Origin: Puniceicoccaceae bacterium
GTDB lineage: Bacteria > Verrucomicrobiota > Verrucomicrobiia > Opitutales > Oceanipulchritudinaceae
Length of the DNA stretch: 64,000 bases
NCBI GenBank assembly: GCA_040830765.1
Contig: JBFOMH010000026.1
Location: 32,001-96,000 of the forward strand
Reading direction: 5' to 3'
The notes below the pieces were generated by a model that was not told where the DNA came from, made no database searches, and worked only from the letters and a program-made list of their open reading frames with translations. This document shows positions 39,501 to 47,263 of the stretch, piece by piece. A program made the position numbers and the translations under genes. How positions within the stretch are numbered: the first letter of the stretch is position 1; each line of letters opens with the position of its first letter.

Positions 39501-39552
39501 TCTGCAGCCGTTCCTGCCCGATACCTTCTTCCGGATCGTGCTGACTGAATAA
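36535..39552 (+). CDS. Large secreted/surface protein with four ~215-aa repeats (ABAB) and FFRI terminal domain
   Basis: Signal peptide MHRKIFLLLLL; repeats with YP[NAD]G and GP[FY]...YP..P; DYDGDKLNNYFEF...DP motif; ends FFRIVLTE. Confidence 0.85.
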   Translation: MHRKIFLLLLLTNCSLITLSEAATDILFAIKEQVFEQNGNNLAFAPQAYRFFAGAEGDGDLTALTVTYPGSGGPFPVPGSPGEFGLESPDYATIEELNAVYPNGDITFSLTDNGSTQDLGPFSISGDAYPVTPNISNALEFQDSDYSQDFQLNWNAFFGAGDEDRILLQIWDNQADSELISSGFLDATATSFTIPGGTLSVDRYYDIELLFINSSTGATNPQTVVGYLTTTRVLLSTHTSDTRLSLYKWRAQQQLSSTGDYTDPNYRFLSVVTGASKTVAGASLDTPVSDILASYFPFGENAYILASPFGPKETLDTTYPAGEYTFIVTEDSVNTAYGPFNLPGDDYPSNPQIINFAELQTIDPSESQTITWDSTPIGVSFIEVFVLDGDNNRIWYESFGPGFTTTQLPANTISLEGTYRLVIRYWAPKVTNERPPTALGYLSSTNMALGTSQGGGDPVIELAYVVKTQNFSQEGSAAPQAPYSWSMNAGLSGSDNIVSASFVHPSGTDVLDGFEGEYDLDGMDYGSQSELDSVYPDGEFDLLVSTGGPSQSLGPFQITGSAYPNAPHIQNALDLETHDLTQDFELTWNAFSSADEFDEILVEVYDETLDEGVIFERLAPTATSFVIPGNQLQPDRYYEIIVLFVNRVDALDSPEAIIGYLSVTEFRLSTHTSDTDILFYKRHQLEQTGVDQLEDLGYAQLVFVRGNSRSVDYGELFTPLSITPLINTAPNTLILAPGFGPKEVMDADYPAGEYGIGLNEDGQYTYYGPYVLSEDAYPEAPLFQNFSELQNVDASQEQQINWSASPDGVGAVTLQIRDASFRVIWSETLPPEATGTVIPASTLSKSSSYRFSLQFWVESSGSEMPDASVGYGTITRINVQTLPYSAAYASWLTQYFSAEQIADLAIVGEMVDYDGDKLNNYFEFLAQFDPTDNTSTLTVDFSFGVSDMLRVSPLAVGLPLEVQSSTNLVDWNPVGAESYEIIGEELQLDLQPFLPDTFFRIVLTE

Positions 39553-39761
39553 GCGCCCTGAGGTATTTGAAGTGAGAGACTCACGTCTTCTTACCCGTAC
39601 TCACCTGATGTTGGGGAAAGCGTCTAAACAGCCGGGGTGGGGGACAAGCCAATCCAAACACTGTCGAATCGCTCGACCACGATGCACTTTGACAAGGTTG
39701 GTTCGTGAGTTGGATCCTGGCTTGAGTCTATGGGAATGCGTTATTCCAATAGTAAATTCTG

Positions 39762-39787
39762 CCTGACTTGCAGGCCTGGCAGTCAGG
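39762..39787. terminator. Hairpin between convergent genes
   Basis: CCTGACT/AGTCAGG inverted repeat 8 nt past the TonB receptor stop; no strong U tract. Confidence 0.35.
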
Positions 39788-39795
39788 TAATTTGG

Positions 39796-42700
39796 CTAGA
39801 GTCGTCCACTGATTCCAATCGTGAAGTTAATCCCGTATGAACTCGTCTCGCTCCGGCCGACCAATTGTCCGTAATACGGGAGTTCTCCTCCATCTGCCAA
39901 AATATAGGTATCCAAAGGATTGCTCTCAGTAATGTTACGTGCCGAAAAGTCGACCGACAGGTTTTTCGTGATGCGAAAGGATGCTGTTAAATCCAGGCGC
40001 AGATCTGCCGGCGATACCCTCTTTATCTCACGTAATTCACTTGCAGGTATTGGATCATCCAGTGTTCCGGGCTGGTACCAAGCCGGATTTCCGATGCGTG
40101 GATCGCTCCAGATAATCCCATCTAAAAGGTCTCTTGTGCGCTCGTTGCGCCAGGTAAAGTTAAGCTGAACCTGGAGGCGCTTGTAGCTGATACTGACCCC
40201 TCCAGATGCATTGAGCTCCGGAGAGCGGTCTTCTTCTATGTCGAGTAGATCCGATTCATTTTCCGCAATCTTCACGTCTTCAAACCGCTGGGATAGGGAA
40301 CCATACAAGTAGACATGTTTGCCCCAAATGCCCAGGAAACTCAAGTCGTGCCGAGCCTCGAGTTCATATCCATAATTAATGAAGGTGCTCAAGGAAGTAA
40401 TGTCAGAGGAAACCTCCCATTCCTCATCCCAATACTCGGAGCCGGGACCGTAGCCCAGATCTCCCATGAGGAACTCCCAGTTCTCCCTGTCGGTCGAGGG
40501 CAAGAAGGTGACATTCACAGCCCGGTTTTTCTCCGTGTCATAAAATCCGTTCATGGAGAATTTGCCCCCGGTTGTGGTGTAGTAGGTCAAACCGGCATTC
40601 CAGGAGACGGTCCTCGCGATATCCAGATTCGGATTTGTTACCCTGAGTTCACCACCATATCCGCTTTCATCGGAGATGAAGTCAAACCTGCGAAGGGTTC
40701 CTCCAGCTCCACCGGAACTTTCAAATGGGGGATTGGAGTAGCTGATTGACCACGATGCCCGCGCAACCAGCTTTTCCGTAATGTCAAAGGACGCGCTGAT
40801 GATGGGTTGGGGCTGCCCTCGGGAAGCTTCATTTATCTGGAAATCCTTTACGTACTCAAGCTGTGTTGCCCGCAATGTGCGAGGCTGCACCCTCTGGTAA
40901 TCGGCAGCTGAAAAGAGCGTACCGTCCGCATAGATGGCGCCCAGTTGCTCGAAGTAACCATAGAAGGTGGCGAAATTTGCCCGTAATGCGGGGTCCGAGA
41001 TGGAATCCAAACCGGGTCGCGTCGTCACGTCCATGAAATCGGGGGTGATGTCTTCAAATCCCGGAGCTAGATCAAGATCCTCTGGCCATGCCTCGATTAC
41101 ATCTGGAAACCCGTCCTGGTTCTCATCCCGAGGGTAAAAAAGCCGTCTCCAGCGACGGTTTATGGTGGGATTATTCCCTGCTCGCTCCCTTTCAGTGTAG
41201 CGGAACCCTCCAATAACGGATAGGCGTCCTTCAAAGAAGTCCCCCTCCAGTTGGGCGTATACCGCAGTTTTTGTCTCCAGGATGGCTTTTGAGGTATTCA
41301 CCTCCTCTATGTAGTTACTTGCAGCTACGGAACGTTCTGTTCCTGAACCACCAAGCGGGACATCATCGTTTGTGTCACTGAATGCGCCCGGATTATTAAT
41401 ATGATAACTATACAGCTTGAATACGTCTGGCCATTCCAACGGATTTAAGCCAAATCCGGGATCGACTCCGGCATAGGTCTCATCCCGGAAGTCGTCGATA
41501 TCCAACGGAGCGTTTTCCTCCTCGCCGACATAGAGGAATTGGTAGTTTGAACCTCGACCAAACTTGCGCTCATCCCGTTCCTCCCAGTCTGCACCGGCTT
41601 TCACGGCAAGGTTCATAAATCCGATCGGCAGAAAGTCGAGGTCCCGCCTCACATCAAATTTTACCGAATGAACTTCACTCAAGGAGTTGATTCCTGCAGC
41701 ACGGACTTTCAAGGTCGCTGCTGTTGGATCCTCCGGGTCATAGTTGGCAATCCCGTAGTTTGTGAGATCGGCAATATCAACCTGTTCCCGATCCACCACA
41801 TTCCCCTCTTCGTCCAAGATATCGCGGTAGTGATAGATATTCTGGGGTACGCCTAGATCATCGATTTCCAGAAACTCTGTAAAATCGATTCCGCCCATGG
41901 ACAGTTCGACAACTGAAAAATGACCTTTCTCCGCCGTGTTAATGTCACTCTCGGATCGAGAGTAGCTGTAATGGGCTCTTACGTTCCAAGGCCCCCTGAT
42001 ATACTGGGCCCTGATATATGCAGTTTGAGAGATCCCTTCACGACTAAATGCATCGGTATCCAGCCGGACACCTCCCGTATCGCTGAATACAAAGTCTTCT
42101 CCGAATACCGTAGGGGCCCCGATCGTTTGATGAACCCGGCGCTTGGCGTCCTGGTCCTCAAAGGTGGAGACGCTGTAGTTCGTCGTCAGGAGAAGTCCTT
42201 TCAGAGGACGCCAGTCCAATTTGATTCCCCCGGAAAGCTTTCTGGAAATCCTTGGTGAATCAGTAACTTGAACACGACTGATATACGGATGGGCATAATC
42301 CCGTAGTACGCGACCAACCTCTTCGCCATCCCGGTTCACGAAAATGGGTAATTGGTTGTAGTTCTCAATGTCTTCCGGTGCCCATGCTCCAAGGTTGTTA
42401 CCCTCACGGTCATACCGGGGAAGCCGCTTTACTTTTTCCAGGACCTCTTCCAGTCGCGATTCCGGCACACCGGCTGCCGTATACATCTGCACGAACTCTT
42501 CTTCCGTCCAGTTTGTCCAGTCGGCTCCATAGGTATCCTGCCACTGGTTGAACTGAGGATCGTTGACAAGCCAATAGGTGCGGTCTCCAAATACCGTCTC
42601 GTCTGCTTCCCGTTCAACCGGATGCCAGCCTTCCGGACTCCTGCTCACATTGACCCTGAGGCGATCATTCTCACTAGCCTGGTTCGCGCTCGCAAGGGTG

Positions 42701-43752
42701 AAGGTAAGGCCGATTTTATCATTCAAGGGAAGTGCATAAGTAAGATCCGCGTTGGGGAGGATCTTGTAAGTCTGTTTGTTCATCGGCCCCGGTGTCTTTT
42801 GAAAGGGCTTGAGCTCCTGTTCGGTGTTCGCGGAGACGCTGACCCGAAAGCTCAGCGTTGGCTTTGGATACTCAAATGCGGTTTTGCTGATCAGGTTGAC
42901 GGTACCTCCGATCCCTGCATTGGGCTGGTCAGGTGTTGGTACCTTGATGACTTCTATTCGGGAAGCATTGTTGATGGAGAGCATGTCAAGGCCGATAGCT
43001 GGATCCAGCGTTCCCGGAGCAGCATTGGCGATTGGGATTCCGTCAATGGTGATGGCTGTTTCGTTCGCCCCGTATCCACGAATGGAAATAGTGTTGGCGT
43101 CTGCGCCTGAAGAATAGTTACCCCCGGCATCTCCACTCCCTCCATACCCAATGGTTACTCCCGGTATATACTTCACGAATTCTCCAATATTTCCCTGGGC
43201 AATCAGTCCATAGGCATCCGTATCGACAACGTTTTTGAGATTAACCGAATACCGCTCCTCCTGAATCGCCAGTTCTGAAACCTCCTGAAATGTTGGCCTG
43301 ACTACATACTCCTCTAATTCGTATACATATTCCTCATCCGATCGGACATCCATTAGTCGGAAGTCGTGTTCAGCGGTCTCTCCTGCAGTGACGGTAACGG
43401 TTTTCGTTTCTGTTCGTTTCCCCGTAAAGCTGACCCGTAAGGTCACTTCGCCAGCAGGAACGTTAATCAACCGATATTCGCCAAACTGGTTGCTGAAGGC
43501 ACGGTTATTGCCGCCGACGACAGATACTTGAACACGGTTCATGTAGAGCCCCGTATTGGGATTGAATACCCGCCCTTGAATCGATCCAGTCATCGTGGAC
43601 CCGGGAGAATTGGCAGTTGATTGGGCGAACATCCCAGTAACCAGAACACCCGAAGCCAGCATGAAGACAGGGACTAGCTTAAGGAGCACCCGTACGGGAA
43701 GAAATTGATAGATTAGAGAGACCTTTGGAACACAGCGTTGGGTGACGCACAT
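39796..43752 (-). CDS. TonB-dependent receptor with N-terminal carboxypeptidase-regulatory-like domain (start uncertain)
   Basis: TGSIQGRV...GEYRLINVPAG, plug NIGEFVKYIPGV...ISIRG...IEVIKVPTPD...GGTVNL, NPNL, terminal strands ARNIT...FTIGISGRL. Confidence 0.9.
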   Translation of the reverse strand: MCVTQRCVPKVSLIYQFLPVRVLLKLVPVFMLASGVLVTGMFAQSTANSPGSTMTGSIQGRVFNPNTGLYMNRVQVSVVGGNNRAFSNQFGEYRLINVPAGEVTLRVSFTGKRTETKTVTVTAGETAEHDFRLMDVRSDEEYVYELEEYVVRPTFQEVSELAIQEERYSVNLKNVVDTDAYGLIAQGNIGEFVKYIPGVTIGYGGSGDAGGNYSSGADANTISIRGYGANETAITIDGIPIANAAPGTLDPAIGLDMLSINNASRIEVIKVPTPDQPNAGIGGTVNLISKTAFEYPKPTLSFRVSVSANTEQELKPFQKTPGPMNKQTYKILPNADLTYALPLNDKIGLTFTLASANQASENDRLRVNVSRSPEGWHPVEREADETVFGDRTYWLVNDPQFNQWQDTYGADWTNWTEEEFVQMYTAAGVPESRLEEVLEKVKRLPRYDREGNNLGAWAPEDIENYNQLPIFVNRDGEEVGRVLRDYAHPYISRVQVTDSPRISRKLSGGIKLDWRPLKGLLLTTNYSVSTFEDQDAKRRVHQTIGAPTVFGEDFVFSDTGGVRLDTDAFSREGISQTAYIRAQYIRGPWNVRAHYSYSRSESDINTAEKGHFSVVELSMGGIDFTEFLEIDDLGVPQNIYHYRDILDEEGNVVDREQVDIADLTNYGIANYDPEDPTAATLKVRAAGINSLSEVHSVKFDVRRDLDFLPIGFMNLAVKAGADWEERDERKFGRGSNYQFLYVGEEENAPLDIDDFRDETYAGVDPGFGLNPLEWPDVFKLYSYHINNPGAFSDTNDDVPLGGSGTERSVAASNYIEEVNTSKAILETKTAVYAQLEGDFFEGRLSVIGGFRYTERERAGNNPTINRRWRRLFYPRDENQDGFPDVIEAWPEDLDLAPGFEDITPDFMDVTTRPGLDSISDPALRANFATFYGYFEQLGAIYADGTLFSAADYQRVQPRTLRATQLEYVKDFQINEASRGQPQPIISASFDITEKLVARASWSISYSNPPFESSGGAGGTLRRFDFISDESGYGGELRVTNPNLDIARTVSWNAGLTYYTTTGGKFSMNGFYDTEKNRAVNVTFLPSTDRENWEFLMGDLGYGPGSEYWDEEWEVSSDITSLSTFINYGYELEARHDLSFLGIWGKHVYLYGSLSQRFEDVKIAENESDLLDIEEDRSPELNASGGVSISYKRLQVQLNFTWRNERTRDLLDGIIWSDPRIGNPAWYQPGTLDDPIPASELREIKRVSPADLRLDLTASFRITKNLSVDFSARNITESNPLDTYILADGGELPYYGQLVGRSETSSYGINFTIGISGRL

Positions 43753-43835
43753 AGTGGGTGTGGGATGGGTTTGGGGTGGGGGACCTTCGCGGTAGCGACT
43801 TCGCCCGTTGGTTGAAGGAGAAAGAATTTCATGCC

Positions 43836-43911
43836 AGTGAAATAGTCCCCGGTCAAGAAATTTCACCATGATATAAAGTAAACAATTAATATGAAATAAA
43901 ACTATTTCACT
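43836..43911. promoter_or_regulatory. Candidate operator(s) in the AT-rich divergent promoter
   Basis: TGAAATA-N4-TATTTCA (43892-43909) and perfect inverted pair AGTGAAATAGT (43836-43846) / ACTATTTCACT (43901-43911). Confidence 0.45.
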
Positions 43912-44053
43912 AACATAATCTTCTTAGACCCTTTATTATATTGACTAGAGCCGTATGAGTTGTGATTAAGAGTTAGCGAATTATTGATGAAAATCAGATG
44001 AATTAATAATTCTACAGATCATTCCTTATTGCCAACACAATCTGAAATACCCC

Positions 44054-45436
44054 ATGAAAACCATCACTTGGAATACTCGCAGCCTGCGCTCAGCAGGTGT
44101 CCTGTTATGCGCATGCACCCTTTTTTGCTCCATGAGGATGCATGCTGAACTTATTGCCTACGAAGGGTTCGATTACACTGCCGGAACAATCCTGGGGCCG
44201 AATGACCTGATTGGTGAAGGTGAACTCGGCAATGGTTGGGAAGGGGTCTGGATCCGGTCGCGAAATTCAACCCCTAGTGGATATGCTCCGTTGCAGGATG
44301 GAAGTTTGTCCTATACTGATGCCTATGGAAGCACGCTCATAACTTCGGGTAATCACGTCCTGGTATCGGGACAGACTATGACAGAAGGCGGACAGAATAC
44401 GACAGTTGGTCGCGATTTGGCCGGGCTGGAATCAACGCCTGGGAGCGTGTATTACATCTCCTTTATTGCCCAACGTCTCGGAGATCCGGTGGATATGAGC
44501 AATGCGTATTGGGACACCCTTGATCCCCCGGGATACATTTATGGAACAAATGCCTATCCCCGGGCAGCGGGAGTCCGCTTCCTGCCAGATGCCGGCAACA
44601 ATAAACTGAGTGCGCTCGTGGGTCGGTTTTCGAATCAGCCGACGGGTGTCTGGACGCTAGCAGGAGAAGCCCTCACGGGAGACAATGATATTGAAAGTGA
44701 TGTTCCCCTTACAGAGACATCCTTTATTGTGGTCAGGATCGAATATTTTGACGGGGGACCAGGTGTCGACTCAGGGGGTAACCCGATTGACGTCATTGGG
44801 ACAACCGTCAGCCTCTGGGTGAATCCGGAAAACCTCAAAATTGAGACTGCTCCCGTTGGCACGGCAACGCCGGTCGATGAAGATCTTGGTGATCAGCCGG
44901 TCCTTTGGGGGATTGATGGAATTGGGATTGAAGGTAACAATGAGTCGGTCACTCCCGAGGGATTTGTCACGCGCGCCGTCTCCAAGATTGCAGTCGATGA
45001 ATTGCGCATCGGCACAACTTGGGATGATGTAACTCCCAGTGAGGGTGGTTCGTCCCCGATGTGGGCTCATTATCCAATCCAACCAGATGGTTCTTCAGTC
45101 GATACGGGCGGACTTGTCGGGTGGATCGATTATTCTGGTTCGGATTTTGTCTTTAGCTACAGTCTCGGCAAGTATATCTACATGCCTCAGGCTTATGTAA
45201 GCACATTGGGGGCCTGGTTCTTCATTCTCGGTGAGAGCACCCCACAGTCAGGTGAGTCATTGTGGGCTGGATACAGCAAGGACGCTGAAGGTTATGTCGA
45301 CACAATGGGCCTGTTGGGTTGGATATGGGTTGGACCACAAGGTTACATATACAGCTTTGACCTTGGAAAGTATATTTACCTTCCGGAGGAATTTGTCATT
45401 TCCAGTGGTGCCTGGGCCTATGCCGGCGTTGAGTAG
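44054..45436 (+). CDS. Secreted hypothetical protein with two tandem Trp-rich C-terminal modules
   Basis: Signal peptide, ELIAYEGFDY...DELRIGTTWDDV domain, then two ~60-aa repeats W.GY...VDT.G..GWI.....S..LGKYIY.P......GAW. Confidence 0.85.
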   Translation: MKTITWNTRSLRSAGVLLCACTLFCSMRMHAELIAYEGFDYTAGTILGPNDLIGEGELGNGWEGVWIRSRNSTPSGYAPLQDGSLSYTDAYGSTLITSGNHVLVSGQTMTEGGQNTTVGRDLAGLESTPGSVYYISFIAQRLGDPVDMSNAYWDTLDPPGYIYGTNAYPRAAGVRFLPDAGNNKLSALVGRFSNQPTGVWTLAGEALTGDNDIESDVPLTETSFIVVRIEYFDGGPGVDSGGNPIDVIGTTVSLWVNPENLKIETAPVGTATPVDEDLGDQPVLWGIDGIGIEGNNESVTPEGFVTRAVSKIAVDELRIGTTWDDVTPSEGGSSPMWAHYPIQPDGSSVDTGGLVGWIDYSGSDFVFSYSLGKYIYMPQAYVSTLGAWFFILGESTPQSGESLWAGYSKDAEGYVDTMGLLGWIWVGPQGYIYSFDLGKYIYLPEEFVISSGAWAYAGVE

Positions 45437-45483
45437 CCCCTTCTGCTCCAAATAACCAGGACTTTTTGCTTCAGCTGCTGACG

Positions 45484-46290
45484 TTACTCGCTTCCGGCGA
45501 CAATCGCGGTATCCCCGAGTCCTTCGGGGCCCATGCTCTGGTAGCCGCCATCGACTGGCAGGTCGGTGCCGGTTATGAAGGACGCATCATCGCTGAGGAG
45601 AAACAGGACCGGCTTGGCGACTTCCTCGACGAAGCCCAGGCGTCTCAACATATGATACGCGCCCCAGACCGGGGTATACTTTTCCCGGTCGCCACCGGCT
45701 GCCTTGTCCACTTCCCGGGTCCAAATCCAGCCGGGGCTGACAGAGTTGACGCGGATCCCTTTCGAAGCCAGGTCCAATGCGGAGCACTTGGTCAATTGAT
45801 TGACGGCCCCCTTGGCGCAGTTGTAGGTCCATCGCTCCTTTTGCGCAACAAAGCCTGAAATGCTGGAAACGTTAACGATACTGCCTGCCCCGGACTTTTC
45901 CATGTGGGGAGTTACCAGTTGAGTCATCAAGGCGTAGGCAATTGGCCCGACAGCGTAAGTATGCTCCCAGTCTTCTGGTTTGGCATCGAGCGCCTTGGCG
46001 AGAAAAGAGAAGGCATTATTAACCAGATAGTTGATTGTGCCCCACTTGTCGGCCGTTGCCTCCACGACATGTTGACAAAACGCCTCGTCTTTCATGTTGC
46101 CGGGGAAGAGCTCCACTTTGTATCCAGTCTCCTGTAACTTCTTATACGCCTCATCGCCGTCCTGTTCCAATCCAGTAATGGATACCTTGCAGCCTTCCTG
46201 GCAGAGTGCTTCAGCGATGGCATAGCCAATGCCGGCTGTGCCTCCGGTTACGATGGCGACCTTGTCTTGAAATCTTTTTGAATGACTCAT
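45484..46290 (-). CDS. Short-chain dehydrogenase/reductase
   Basis: TGGTAGIG, LVNNA, SSIS, YNCAK, RVNSVSPG, VDGG. Confidence 0.93.
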   Translation of the reverse strand: MSHSKRFQDKVAIVTGGTAGIGYAIAEALCQEGCKVSITGLEQDGDEAYKKLQETGYKVELFPGNMKDEAFCQHVVEATADKWGTINYLVNNAFSFLAKALDAKPEDWEHTYAVGPIAYALMTQLVTPHMEKSGAGSIVNVSSISGFVAQKERWTYNCAKGAVNQLTKCSALDLASKGIRVNSVSPGWIWTREVDKAAGGDREKYTPVWGAYHMLRRLGFVEEVAKPVLFLLSDDASFITGTDLPVDGGYQSMGPEGLGDTAIVAGSE

Positions 46291-46291
46291 T

Positions 46292-47254
46292 TTACTTTCC
46301 TATCTGGTTGACCGGGTTCTTTGGGGCCCCGCCCCTGAGGCAGCGGACCATCTCTTCCGCTGCGCACTTTTGCAGATTCGTAATGCTGGACTCACTGTAG
46401 TAGGACATATGCGAGGTGAGAAGGGCGTTCTCGCAGCTCAGCAGAGGATGATCCAGTGGGATGGGTTCCTCTTCGAAAACATCAATCCCGGCATAGGCGA
46501 TTATCCTATTGTTCAGTGCCTCCGCCAGATCGACTGTGTTAATCAGGGGTCCCCGGGCCGTATTGATGAGGATGGAAGTTGGCTTCATCGCGGCAAGGGT
46601 ATCCTTGTTGACGAGATGTTTGTTTTCCCCCGTCATGGGAGCGTTGATGCTCAAAACGTCGGCGATTGAAAACATCTCCTCAACGCTGTGCAACCGGCTG
46701 ACGCCTGTTTCAGTGAACAAGGCATCGTCGACAAAGGGATCGTAGGCATGCAGCTTGAACCCGAAGGCTTTGGCTCTCCGATGAATGCCACAGGCAATGC
46801 GGCCCAGCCCGTAGGTGACAAAGTTCATTTCCCTGAAGGCATGCATGGGAGTGACTGGACTCAGGGACCAGTTTCCCTTTCGCAAGCGTTTATCGAGGGC
46901 GGGTAATTGGCGTCCCAGCGCCAATGCCAGGCTGACAGCGTGATCGGCAACTTCCTCAATGCAGTAGTCCGGAATATTGCAAACCTGGATGCCTTTAGCC
47001 GTTGCCGCCTCAAGGTCGACATTATCGTACCCGATGCCATAGCGGATGATCGCTTTGCAGTTCTCCAGTTGGTCGATCAACGCCTTAGTGAAAGGGGAGA
47101 ATTGAACAAATATGCCATCCGCATCCTTGGCGTGCTGGACGATTTCATCTACCGTATCCCAGGGACCTACGGACAGGGTTGCGCCAATGGAATCCATGGC
47201 GGCCTTTTCATGAACATGGTCCGCAAAGGAATTTCTGGTTATGACAGTCTTCAT
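46292..47254 (-). CDS. D-isomer-specific 2-hydroxyacid dehydrogenase (CtBP-like)
   Basis: RYGIGYDNVD, PDYCIEEVADHA, GLGRIA, INTARG, DVFEEEP, TSHMSYYS. Confidence 0.92.
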   Translation of the reverse strand: MKTVITRNSFADHVHEKAAMDSIGATLSVGPWDTVDEIVQHAKDADGIFVQFSPFTKALIDQLENCKAIIRYGIGYDNVDLEAATAKGIQVCNIPDYCIEEVADHAVSLALALGRQLPALDKRLRKGNWSLSPVTPMHAFREMNFVTYGLGRIACGIHRRAKAFGFKLHAYDPFVDDALFTETGVSRLHSVEEMFSIADVLSINAPMTGENKHLVNKDTLAAMKPTSILINTARGPLINTVDLAEALNNRIIAYAGIDVFEEEPIPLDHPLLSCENALLTSHMSYYSESSITNLQKCAAEEMVRCLRGGAPKNPVNQIGK

Positions 47255-47263
47255 GTTATCTGC

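Noticed and set aside
44054..45436. PEP-CTERM protein call
   Set aside because: The N-terminal domain resembles those seen on PEP-CTERM proteins, but there is no PEP motif, TM helix or basic tail; Trp-rich repeats occupy that position.
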